IMG/VR virus record: IMGVR_UViG_3300046804_001743
Coordinates: 1 to 64,000 of that record
Length of the DNA stretch: 64,000 nucleotides
Direction: 5' to 3' (one strand)
Origin: a virus
Under the pieces are notes generated by a model. The model did no database searches and was not told where the DNA came from. It worked only from the letters and a program-made list of their open reading frames with translations. How positions within the stretch are numbered: position 1 is the stretch's first letter; each line of letters begins with the position of its first letter. This document shows, in pieces, positions 20,078 through 27,915 of the stretch. A program made the position numbers and the translations under genes.

Positions 20078-21024
20078 TTTGGTATTTTACTGTCCGCCGA
20101 ACTTACGCAGGTTGGTGTAATACAGCGTTGAGGTTGTTTAAATAATTTAAAGTTATCTAATGTGCCTAATAGTTCGTCATGGCAGCTATAACTTCTTTTA
20201 ACCTCATTACCTCTTATTATAACACTCTGATAGCCTGCATTGCAAGCCCATCCTTGGAATTTGTTAAATCCAAAGGCATTAAATCTTTCTGCTTGATCTA
20301 ACAAGTGCTCTGTGCCATTTGCTTCATATAGAGCTATTTGGTAAACATCTTCACCATTGGCTCTTTGTGGAAAACCTGTACGCATTTTGTGTATCATATC
20401 CTCAGTATAACCGTCAACTACTGCACTAGCAGTTTCGTTACTTTGTGGCTTTAGTGTTACATTGATTCCTCTATCGTGTAACCTCTGCATACGGTCATAC
20501 AATTCATAAAATTTTTCAGGAACCATAACTTGGTTTACTGTAACAAATACACCCTTATCTATTAAGTAAATAATCTTATCACCAAACTCTGTTTCGTCAG
20601 CAAACTCGTGATGGAAACTGGCAGTAAGGCTTCTACGCCTGCTTAACGATGTACCAGCTAGCCACCTATCCCACCATTGGATCCCAGGACTAAGGTTAGT
20701 AGTCATATGAATACTGTCATAGAAAACTTTGGACATTAGCTCAATTGAGTGTTTGTATGCGGTAGGTTCACCTCCGCTGAAACTCCAGTGAAATTGGACA
20801 AATCCATTTTGGGCGGCTTGAAATCGTATTTCGTCTATTGTTCTTTTATAAACTTCGAGCTCTTGATGATCTGGTGTTTGGCTATTAGCATAAGGCCAAC
20901 AATAGCTACATTTATAGTTACAAAATCTACCCAAAATCCAACTCACTGAGAAAATTTGGTCGTTGAGCATAGTTCGTTGTCCAAAACGAACGATCTTTTG
21001 GAATGGTATGGTTGCAAAGCTCAT
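20065..21024 (-). CDS. radical SAM / SPASM-twitch domain enzyme
   Basis: CNYKCSYC and FSGGEPTAY. C-terminal WACNAGY...C...C..C. Probable ATG at 21024 (the ORF track starts at a GTG, 21030). Confidence 0.8.
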   Translation of the reverse strand: MSFATIPFQKIVRFGQRTMLNDQIFSVSWILGRFCNYKCSYCWPYANSQTPDHQELEVYKRTIDEIRFQAAQNGFVQFHWSFSGGEPTAYKHSIELMSKVFYDSIHMTTNLSPGIQWWDRWLAGTSLSRRRSLTASFHHEFADETEFGDKIIYLIDKGVFVTVNQVMVPEKFYELYDRMQRLHDRGINVTLKPQSNETASAVVDGYTEDMIHKMRTGFPQRANGEDVYQIALYEANGTEHLLDQAERFNAFGFNKFQGWACNAGYQSVIIRGNEVKRSYSCHDELLGTLDNFKLFKQPQRCITPTCVSSADSKIPKCIN

Positions 21025-21052
21025 TGACACTATTTACAAACGGATATATAAT
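21024..21052 (+). promoter_or_regulatory. sigma70-consensus promoter (TTGACA-17nt-TATAAT)
   Basis: TTGACA at 21024-21029 and TATAAT at 21047-21052 with a 17-nt spacer. The predicted TSS (about 21059) coincides with the start of the tRNA-like element. Confidence 0.6.
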
Positions 21053-21058
21053 TATGCT

Positions 21059-21177
21059 GTAGACGTGAGTGGAACTTGGTATACCTCCCCCGGCAGTATG
21101 TAACAAACTACTGTTGGGGGGCTAAGGCCTAGCCCATAGTGGCGGCTTTGCAGGTTCAAATCCTGCCGTCTACACCA
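21059..21177 (+). ncRNA. tRNA-like element (canonical acceptor stem, T-arm and CCA; non-canonical 119-nt body)
   Basis: 5' GTAGACG pairs perfectly with 3' CGTCTAC, followed by A-CCA. T-arm GCAGG-TTCAAAT-CCTGC. U8 is present. The body instead forms a long hairpin CCCCCGGCAG/CTGTTGGGGG with a 14-nt loop, plus a second hairpin GGGCTA-AGGCC-TAGCCC. It is too long for a standard tRNA. Confidence 0.4.
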
Positions 21178-21185
21178 TTTTAACT

Positions 21186-21200
21186 ACACACTGAGGCACA
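21186..21200 (+). promoter_or_regulatory. conserved 5' leader / RBS motif ACACACTGAGGCACA (copy 1)
   Basis: Identical 15-mer also at 27607-27621. In both places it sits immediately before the ATG, with GAGG 5 nt upstream. Confidence 0.5.
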
Positions 21201-21201
21201 A

Positions 21202-21528
21202 ATGAAAAAGGCACTTTTTGGTTTATTGTTTATTGCTACCGCAGTACAGGCAGGTATGGAAAAAGATGCGTATGAGAAATACGACATGACCAATCTGAAG
21301 ACTGATCAATCTCTTATTAAGATTGTTACAGTTGACGATGTCAAGGCCGCTTGTAATAGACTGCGTGTAAGCGAAGGTCTCAAACCATTTACCTTTAGTG
21401 TTGAAGCCTGTAGTGTTTGGCCTAAGGACGGATCCTTTAAGAGCTGTACAGTCTACATTGGAAAGAAAACTAACAACGACATCCTTGGTCACGAAATCCG
21501 TCATTGCTTTGTAGGCAACTTTCACTAA
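21202..21528 (+). CDS. small secreted protein with C-terminal HExxH-like motif
   Basis: Signal peptide MKKALFGLLFIATAVQA. C-terminal GHEIRHCFVGNFH. Confidence 0.5.
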   Translation: MKKALFGLLFIATAVQAGMEKDAYEKYDMTNLKTDQSLIKIVTVDDVKAACNRLRVSEGLKPFTFSVEACSVWPKDGSFKSCTVYIGKKTNNDILGHEIRHCFVGNFH

Positions 21529-22079
21529 TGTCTAAAGTATCATCAAGCCCGGACCGAAACACTTTCCAAAAAGAAGCATATCTAGAACGATGTGCCAAAG
21601 ATGGTAAAGAGCCTAGTAAGGCATACCTTGAAATGTGGGAAAACACAGCCAAGCAACACGCAGAATGGGCAGAGAAAGAACATAAGAACGACATGGAGTA
21701 CGACCTTCGTACCTGTGAATGGATGCTAGACAAAGTGCGCCAAAGCGATACCTACGCCCAAAACCTATACGCGGCCATGTGTAATATGACTTGGCAAAGC
21801 CGTGAGTTTTGGCAAGAACTAAAAGGTGAAACTTGGTCTTGCTCTTGGAGATATGCTGGCGGTATAATTGCTGACATGCGTCAAGAGGGTGATTACATTG
21901 ATTGGTACTGTTCAGGTATGGGCGGACTCAATCAAGAGTACGAGGGTGAAGAAACTAACGAAGAATGGCAAAAGCGTACAGGTTATGTTCCTGAAGGTTT
22001 TGTAACTGATGAAATCGAATTAGACCTTAACCGCTTGGGTTGGAGACCAGTTCCTTATGACGACGACAAATTAACTTAA
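21528..22079 (+). CDS. hypothetical protein
   Basis: ORF starting at the TAATG overlap (MSKVSSS...). Trp/Cys-rich. Confidence 0.45.
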   Translation: MSKVSSSPDRNTFQKEAYLERCAKDGKEPSKAYLEMWENTAKQHAEWAEKEHKNDMEYDLRTCEWMLDKVRQSDTYAQNLYAAMCNMTWQSREFWQELKGETWSCSWRYAGGIIADMRQEGDYIDWYCSGMGGLNQEYEGEETNEEWQKRTGYVPEGFVTDEIELDLNRLGWRPVPYDDDKLT

Positions 22080-22089
22080 TAAATAAAAG

Positions 22090-22272
22090 ATGGAAAATAA
22101 AGAACAATTCGTTTTTACCGCAGAGGATATTTTTGAAGAAATCCCAGGAGATCCAGAAAATGTCAGAATGAAATTTCCCGAAGAAGTTTTAAAACTTACA
22201 GGTTGGAAAGAAGGTGATGTGCTAGATATTGAAGTCAAAGACGGAAAGATCGTTGTAACAAAACATGAGTAA
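22090..22272 (+). CDS. AbrB/SpoVT (swapped-hairpin) domain-like small protein
   Basis: EVLKLTGWKEGDVLDIEVKDGKIVVTK resembles the AbrB/MazE/SpoVT domain. Overlaps infA by 8 nt. Confidence 0.45.
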   Translation: MENKEQFVFTAEDIFEEIPGDPENVRMKFPEEVLKLTGWKEGDVLDIEVKDGKIVVTKHE

Positions 22273-22483
22273 AGACGACATCATCGAACTCACAGGCACA
22301 GTTGAAGAAGTTTTACCTGGTAACATGTTTAGAGTAAAGGCTGATAATCTTGATACAGTTTTGCTCTGCTACATGGGTGGTAAATTGAAGCAACACAAGA
22401 TTAGAATAATCTTAGGCGATAAGGTAAAGATGGAGGTTAGTCCATATGACCTTACAAAAGGTAGAGTAACTTATAGGTTGTAA
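22265..22483 (+). CDS. infA: translation initiation factor IF-1 homolog
   Basis: 72 aa. Aligns along its full length to bacterial IF-1 (S1-like OB fold): TGTVEEVLPGNMFRV...IRIILGDKV..PYDLTKGRV, which is my recollection of E. coli IF-1 GTVLETLPNTMFRV...IRILTGDKV..PYDLSKGRI. Confidence 0.85.
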   Translation: MSKDDIIELTGTVEEVLPGNMFRVKADNLDTVLLCYMGGKLKQHKIRIILGDKVKMEVSPYDLTKGRVTYRL

Positions 22484-22484
22484 C

Positions 22485-23159
22485 ATGAACTCAGTAATGG
22501 AAACAGTTTGCTCAGTGTGCCATAAAGTACAGGCAGCTAGCAAATATGGATCGAAGTTTCCTCAGGTTCTAAAAACTCTACGCAAAGAATTTAAAATACA
22601 CGATATAGAATTAAAGATTAGAAGTCGCAAAGATAAGGCTCTCGATTCTGCTGAATTTTATGTTCATGCTTATTACGACTCTTTTGATGACAGTAATCTA
22701 GATATACCGATAGAAGTTATTGTCAACAACAACTTTGACAAAGAACAAGTTTGGGATTCAAAACAAGTTGAAGACTTTTTAGTACAAGTCTATGATGCAG
22801 TCGTTCACGAGAAAAAACACCAACGTCAGAGTAAAAAAAGAAACTATGAGCAATATTGGGATCATCCCGATGGCGGCTATCACTATCACGAATACTTACA
22901 AGATCCAGATGAGCTAGATGCTTACTCATTAAGTATTGCAATCGAACTATGCAGGACATTGGGCAAACACAGAGCGTTAAAGTACATGCCTAAATTTACC
23001 AAATTGGCTAAAATGAAGATTGGAGGCCAATATGTTAGTCCAAATTTAAATGCCTATGTTAGCCATTTTGATCAGCCAGTAAGCCCTTTGCTAAGACGTT
23101 TAGCCAAAAAAATCTACATACGTTTGAAAAAGATTGACACAGATTACGTTTTCCCGTAA
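22485..23159 (+). CDS. HExxH zincin-like protein (paralog of 31718)
   Basis: VVHEKKHQRQ, then a downstream DPDELDAYSLSIA motif. The same layout recurs in the 31718 protein (VLHEIIHTRQ ... DRDEMGAHSFNLA). Confidence 0.45.
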   Translation: MNSVMETVCSVCHKVQAASKYGSKFPQVLKTLRKEFKIHDIELKIRSRKDKALDSAEFYVHAYYDSFDDSNLDIPIEVIVNNNFDKEQVWDSKQVEDFLVQVYDAVVHEKKHQRQSKKRNYEQYWDHPDGGYHYHEYLQDPDELDAYSLSIAIELCRTLGKHRALKYMPKFTKLAKMKIGGQYVSPNLNAYVSHFDQPVSPLLRRLAKKIYIRLKKIDTDYVFP

Positions 23160-23190
23160 AATAATAACATAATCAATCATTTGAGCGATA

Positions 23191-23892
23191 ATGGAAAAGA
23201 ATCCTTCATTCCCACTCCAGACGGTACTGGAACTAGCCTGTGCGGCTCAACGCCTTAACAAAGAATACATTAAGGTAACTGAGCCAATCTATTCTGATGA
23301 CAATAAACTAATGTCCTACAAATGGGATAATAAGATATTGATTTTGACAACATTGGACCCAAATAGGTTCAAACCCTCAGAGGACTCCCTCAAGCCGCCA
23401 TTGCTTTGTACTAACCGAGATGATGCAGAATTGGCTGACGAGATCAGAAAGTACTATAAACGGTTATTGTTTTCCGCCATACAAGGGGATAACGAATTCC
23501 AAACTGAGGTTAACGCACTACTCAGTTCAGAGACAGTTGCAACAAACAAACTTGGATTCATTGCCTGTTTGCCTAGTGTTTATAAAAGAGACTATGGACG
23601 ACACCAGTTAGAAAAAAAGATTAAAACTGCTGACGTAGGTTGGCTAGGAGAAGTGGGAGATTTGCTTTTAGATAAAGACTGCGAAGTCCTAAAATGCCAA
23701 CGCTCGAAAAACTTTGATGCTTTTAACATTGATGCTATAATTGATAACAAAATAGTTTCTTGGATGAGCAAATATGAGCTAAAACTAGGGCCTACTGTTG
23801 TAGTCAAAGCTAAGGTTAAGGATCAAGGATTTCATTGGTCTCATAAAGAAACTCCTGTAACTAGATTAAATTTTGTGAAAGCCGCACAATGA
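23191..23892 (+). CDS. hypothetical protein
   Basis: ORF only. Confidence 0.4.
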   Translation: MEKNPSFPLQTVLELACAAQRLNKEYIKVTEPIYSDDNKLMSYKWDNKILILTTLDPNRFKPSEDSLKPPLLCTNRDDAELADEIRKYYKRLLFSAIQGDNEFQTEVNALLSSETVATNKLGFIACLPSVYKRDYGRHQLEKKIKTADVGWLGEVGDLLLDKDCEVLKCQRSKNFDAFNIDAIIDNKIVSWMSKYELKLGPTVVVKAKVKDQGFHWSHKETPVTRLNFVKAAQ

Positions 23893-24368
23893 ACGAAGAT
23901 CAAGAATTTGAAGAGTACGAAGAGTTTGCTAAAAAGATGGAAATTGAATATCCACGTATGTTCAGCGGCCACTATGGCGGCTTTGCTGTAGGCAAGGGAT
24001 GGTGGCCACTAATTGAAAAACTCTGTGGAACCATTCAACGTCACATTGATTGGGCTAATGATACTCGTAGTGCTTTGCTTATTTCAAACCCCTACGGTCA
24101 TAAAATTCCAGACGCAGTAGAACAAGTTGTTGTCCAACAGATTAAAGAAAAGTTCGGTACACTTCGTTTTTATTACGAAGGCGGTGACGAATACATCCAA
24201 GGTGCAACAACCCTAGCAGAGAACCTAACAGGACACTTATGCGAAGAATGTGGTGGATTTGGTAAAGTTAGGCACGGCGGTTGGGTGCGTGTACTATGCG
24301 ACCAACATGAAGCAGAGCGTCAAGCTCGTATCGAAGAACAAGCAAAGAAAGATGGATTAGAACTATGA
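23889..24368 (+). CDS. hypothetical protein with C-terminal CxxC...C..H zinc-ribbon-like motif
   Basis: CEECGGFGKVRHGGWVRVLCDQHE. Confidence 0.4.
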   Translation: MNEDQEFEEYEEFAKKMEIEYPRMFSGHYGGFAVGKGWWPLIEKLCGTIQRHIDWANDTRSALLISNPYGHKIPDAVEQVVVQQIKEKFGTLRFYYEGGDEYIQGATTLAENLTGHLCEECGGFGKVRHGGWVRVLCDQHEAERQARIEEQAKKDGLEL

Positions 24369-24643
24369 CTGACGAAAAAGATAAAGAATTTAAAATTGAG
24401 TTTGCACCTGGATGCTTTGATCAATTCGAAGGCTCTCAAGAAGAACTAGATGAAATGGTAGCTGAGATTCAAAAGCTATTTGCATCTAAAACCCGTGAAG
24501 AGATTGAAGCAATGAGTAAGCCGTTGAGCGAAGAGGACTTTGCTGAACTTCCTGAAGATATTCAAGTTCAACTAGTTCAAACATTTTCTAACCTAAACAC
24601 TGATGAGGACTCTGATAATGGCTCTAATAAAAGACTTCATTGA
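24365..24643 (+). CDS. hypothetical acidic protein
   Basis: ORF with ATGA overlap. Very acidic. Confidence 0.4.
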   Translation: MTDEKDKEFKIEFAPGCFDQFEGSQEELDEMVAEIQKLFASKTREEIEAMSKPLSEEDFAELPEDIQVQLVQTFSNLNTDEDSDNGSNKRLH

Positions 24644-25199
24644 GGCTGTAGACTTCAAAATTACCGGCGGTAGTGAATACACTTGGGACTGTTTTGGCCC
24701 CAACGCTCGATATTTAGACTGTGCCGATAACGAAGGTTATAATGGAACTTATAGCATTAATGCCGTTTTTGATAGTGTAACACAAGAGGTATACACTATT
24801 GAAGTTTGGGACTATGTTAATGATCGAGAATATCGTTGGATCGATAAAGCATACATTAAAGATCACATGAAAGCATGTGCTAAACACGAAGTAGACCTAT
24901 ACGAGTCTATGGATGGACGCAACTATATCGACTTAGATTTGGCAGAAGACATTTTGGAAAAAGCTAATGCTTTAGTTAACGGTGTCCAATACGATACTCG
25001 TGTCAAAGTACCGGTTGACTTTACTGATGAAGAACTGCTAAAATATATGAAAATGGCGCACGAACGTGATATGACCTTTAACCAATTTGTTGAAGAAGCA
25101 TTGCGTTTTGCAATTGAAGAACATCAAGCTGGGCATTTAACTAAAGAAGATGCTCAGAAATTTATAAGAGAACGAAATGAAAATCACCCTAGCATCTGA
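24603..25199 (+). CDS. hypothetical protein
   Basis: ORF only. Confidence 0.4.
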   Translation: MRTLIMALIKDFIEAVDFKITGGSEYTWDCFGPNARYLDCADNEGYNGTYSINAVFDSVTQEVYTIEVWDYVNDREYRWIDKAYIKDHMKACAKHEVDLYESMDGRNYIDLDLAEDILEKANALVNGVQYDTRVKVPVDFTDEELLKYMKMAHERDMTFNQFVEEALRFAIEEHQAGHLTKEDAQKFIRERNENHPSI

Positions 25200-26031
25200 T
25201 CTCCATTTAGAGTTTACAGACTGCTACGACCTTAAGAACGAGAACAACGCCGATGTGTTGATTCTCTCTGGTGATATCATGATTGCCGAGGATCTCTACG
25301 ACCATCCTGTCGTTCCTAGTATTTACGAGTACGGTTCATTTGCTGAACTGGGTCGTAAGCAAAAGCGTGTACAAACATTCCGTGATTTCCTAAAACGCAT
25401 GAGCAATACATTTGCTAATGTTATCTATGTTGCTGGCAACCACGAATTCTATCACGGTAAATGGGTCAAGGGTATTGAGTATCTCCGTCAGGAATGTTCT
25501 CAGTTGCCTAACGTTCATTTCTTAGAACGTGATTGTGTTAAAATACAAGATGTTACCTTTGTCGGTGGCACCTTGTGGACTAACATGAACAAGGGCGATC
25601 CACTGACACTTCATGCCGTTCGCGACATGATGAACGACTTCCGTATCATTCGTAACGACGAAAAAGGTTACACCCAACTCAAGCCGCATGATACTGTTGT
25701 TCGTCACAAACAAACACTTGAATATATTCGTAGTGTTGTTGCTGAAAAGCATGACGAAAAGTTTGTTGTTGTAGGACATCACAGTCCAAGTTTCCAAAGC
25801 ATACACGAATCGTATAAACACGAAACTTTAATGAACGGTGCTTACCACAGCGACTTGAGTGAGTTTATTTTAGATCATCCACAGATTAAACTGTGGACAC
25901 ACGGTCACACCCATCACTGTTTTGATTACACGATAGGTGAAACTCGTGTTGTGTGTAACCCACGTGGCTATGTAAGCGATGGTTATAGTGAAGACACCGG
26001 ATGGAATCCTAATATTATTTTGGAGGTATAA
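25177..26031 (+). CDS. calcineurin-like metallophosphoesterase
   Basis: Motifs D.H (DLHLE), GDIMIAED, VAGNHEFYHG, GHHSP and GHTHH. Confidence 0.75.
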   Translation: MKITLASDLHLEFTDCYDLKNENNADVLILSGDIMIAEDLYDHPVVPSIYEYGSFAELGRKQKRVQTFRDFLKRMSNTFANVIYVAGNHEFYHGKWVKGIEYLRQECSQLPNVHFLERDCVKIQDVTFVGGTLWTNMNKGDPLTLHAVRDMMNDFRIIRNDEKGYTQLKPHDTVVRHKQTLEYIRSVVAEKHDEKFVVVGHHSPSFQSIHESYKHETLMNGAYHSDLSEFILDHPQIKLWTHGHTHHCFDYTIGETRVVCNPRGYVSDGYSEDTGWNPNIILEV

Positions 26032-26226
26032 ATGAGTAACGAAAATCTAGTCCCCCCTGTTCAACCCACAGTAGTTGAAATGGTAAAACTAACAGGTGCT
26101 AATACAGCCCAATTTATGGAACAAGTTGCAATCCATATCGAAAAACTTGAAGCTGAAGTTGTTCGGCTAACTAATCGTGTTCAAGAACTAGAAGGTCAAA
26201 ATGGAACAAGTCCTGCAACTGAATGA
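26032..26226 (+). CDS. small coiled-coil protein
   Basis: 64-aa ORF with a heptad-like LEAEVVRLTNRVQELE segment. Confidence 0.35.
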   Translation: MSNENLVPPVQPTVVEMVKLTGANTAQFMEQVAIHIEKLEAEVVRLTNRVQELEGQNGTSPATE

Positions 26227-26500
26227 AAAGGAATTAAGACTTTTCAAAAGGTGGCTTAAAGGTCATTTGGCTTTTGGGCCTGTTAAGGTAACTTTTGTAA
26301 AGAAGGACGGTACTGAGAGAGTGATGGAGTGTACTACTGCTCCATCGCTTGTACCTCAAGAACCTGTTGTTGAAGACATCTCTCCTAAAAGAGAAAAGAA
26401 AATCAACGAAGATGTTTGTCCAGTTTACGACATTGAATCGCAAGGGTGGCGTAGTTTCCGTTGGGATAGTATTAAACAAGTAAGATTGGAAATAAAATGA
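26201..26500 (+). CDS. hypothetical protein
   Basis: ORF only. Confidence 0.35.
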   Translation: MEQVLQLNEKELRLFKRWLKGHLAFGPVKVTFVKKDGTERVMECTTAPSLVPQEPVVEDISPKREKKINEDVCPVYDIESQGWRSFRWDSIKQVRLEIK

Positions 26501-26946
26501 AAATTGGACTTAGTTACAGTCGATGCGTTCGCGACATCGTTGAGGGCAAAGTGGACATTAAAGACATCCTAGTTATTGTTGCTCGTACAGACTTTGACCC
26601 AAATAATGATGAACAATGGCAGGGTATTTGGCAGGGGTATGGTGGCGGCAGTAATGGCGACCGTATGCGCGGCATCTTTAGTGCTGGCAATCCAGAATGG
26701 TTTGAGTACGGTGACGAGGACGAAGAAAAGTTTCGAAATGTAAGTCGTGAGCTTTGGAATCAAGGCAAGTTCCATCAGCCACGCCAGTTTGGTGCTTATC
26801 CAAAACGATTGCCCTATATTTGGTTAGATACTATACTACCTAGTGAAGAGCTAGATAAAGCACCAGGTGTTAAGGCCGCTTGGGAAAAGTTCCAAATGCT
26901 TGCAGGCCTTAGCAGTGTTCAACTCGATGATCATCATATTGCGTGA
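26497..26946 (+). CDS. hypothetical protein
   Basis: ORF with ATGA overlap. Confidence 0.4.
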   Translation: MKIGLSYSRCVRDIVEGKVDIKDILVIVARTDFDPNNDEQWQGIWQGYGGGSNGDRMRGIFSAGNPEWFEYGDEDEEKFRNVSRELWNQGKFHQPRQFGAYPKRLPYIWLDTILPSEELDKAPGVKAAWEKFQMLAGLSSVQLDDHHIA

Positions 26947-27209
26947 AATATCTTTTAATTTTAGCAGTAGCAGTTTTAGTAGGGTGTAGCGATGCTAGAC
27001 CTGCTAATCCTATGCTAACCTATGAGCAATTAAAATCTTTTCAAGTAGACTGCGAAAAGAAAGAAGAACAGCTCAAACAATTAAACTATATTAAAGCAAG
27101 AAAAAACTTTCCAGAAAACCCAGAAGACATTACAGACGAAATGGACAGGGCCTACAATAGTAGGCTCAAAGCAACCATTTGGTGGTATACCTACAGGTGC
27201 GAACAATGA
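26943..27209 (+). CDS. small lipoprotein
   Basis: MKYLLILAVAVLVGCSD (lipobox LVGC). Confidence 0.5.
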   Translation: MKYLLILAVAVLVGCSDARPANPMLTYEQLKSFQVDCEKKEEQLKQLNYIKARKNFPENPEDITDEMDRAYNSRLKATIWWYTYRCEQ

Positions 27210-27553
27210 AAAAATTAATAGCCATTTTATTGTTCGCATCATCAGCTGTTTGGGCCGACGAATGCCGTGTTACTAGTGCAACTGCCCAAATTGGTAGCGA
27301 GCTCAAAACCGAAACTATTACTGTTTGCAAAGAAGGTGAAATGATTTCCCAACGAATTAAAGTTGGTGATACTGTTTTGGAAACAGAAGTTGGGCAAAGT
27401 AATGTTAGAGTTGGCTACTTTAAGTACCGAAATAGTACTTGTAAACTGTTCACAGAGCGTCTAACTGAAAAGGGCAAGCTCAGAGTTAATCACGGAGTCA
27501 TTTGCCAAATTGATAATAGTCCAACAAATTGGCTAGTAGTAGATAAATGGTAA
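27206..27553 (+). CDS. small secreted protein
   Basis: MKKLIAILLFASSAVWA signal peptide. ATGA overlap with the upstream gene. Confidence 0.5.
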   Translation: MKKLIAILLFASSAVWADECRVTSATAQIGSELKTETITVCKEGEMISQRIKVGDTVLETEVGQSNVRVGYFKYRNSTCKLFTERLTEKGKLRVNHGVICQIDNSPTNWLVVDKW

Positions 27554-27562
27554 GATTGGTTC

Positions 27563-27591
27563 TTGACATTTGACTAAGGTCACTGTATAAT
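27563..27591 (+). promoter_or_regulatory. sigma70-consensus promoter (TTGACA-17nt-TATAAT)
   Basis: TTGACA at 27563-27568, 17-nt spacer, TATAAT at 27586-27591. Followed by the conserved leader motif. Confidence 0.6.
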
Positions 27592-27606
27592 TAGGCTATG
27601 TTCAAC

Positions 27607-27621
27607 ACACACTGAGGCACA
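27607..27621 (+). promoter_or_regulatory. conserved 5' leader / RBS motif ACACACTGAGGCACA (copy 2)
   Basis: Identical to 21186-21200. Precedes the ATG at 27626. Confidence 0.5.
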
Positions 27622-27625
27622 CACA

Positions 27626-27787
27626 ATGACAAAATGGATTGTAATCCTTGCTATTGTTATTTTGGCACCTACATTTGTTATTAATGTCATGTCTAACGGT
27701 GTTAACTTCGTTAGCACACAGGGCAAGGCATTAGTAGGCGAAATGGCAAAAGAGGCTACTAAAACTGTTCAAGAGGCATCAAAATGA
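27626..27787 (+). CDS. small membrane peptide (53 aa)
   Basis: MTKWIVILAIVILAPTFVINV transmembrane segment. Not in the ORF track (under 60 aa). Sits behind the promoter and RBS. Confidence 0.45.
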   Translation: MTKWIVILAIVILAPTFVINVMSNGVNFVSTQGKALVGEMAKEATKTVQEASK

Positions 27788-27915
27788 AAACACTTGCAAA
27801 AATTGTTTTAATCTGTATGACTTTGAATTTTGCCGCTTGCTCAACTGTTGCAGGCGTTGGCAAAGACATTCAAGATACTGCTAATTGGACTAAAGATAAA
27901 ATGGGAGGCAAATAA
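27784..27915 (+). CDS. entericidin-like small lipoprotein (43 aa)
   Basis: MKTLAKIVLICMTLNFAACSTVAGVGKDIQDTAN carries the lipobox plus the GxGxDI motif of EcnA/EcnB. Confidence 0.55.
   Translation: MKTLAKIVLICMTLNFAACSTVAGVGKDIQDTANWTKDKMGGK

Noticed and set aside
14203-21024. Interpreting the CNYxC(S/H)YC radical SAMs (14203, 16159, 20065) as viperin homologs
   Set aside because: The CNYKCxxC motif resembles viperin, but these proteins have SPASM/twitch-like Cys-rich C-termini that are absent from viperins. The similarity is confined to the generic radical SAM core.
21059-21177. Calling the element a standard tRNA gene with a specific anticodon
   Set aside because: It is 119 nt, and the D-arm and anticodon arm cannot be placed canonically. 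Only the acceptor stem, T-arm and CCA are tRNA-like. It is kept as a tRNA-like ncRNA of uncertain nature.
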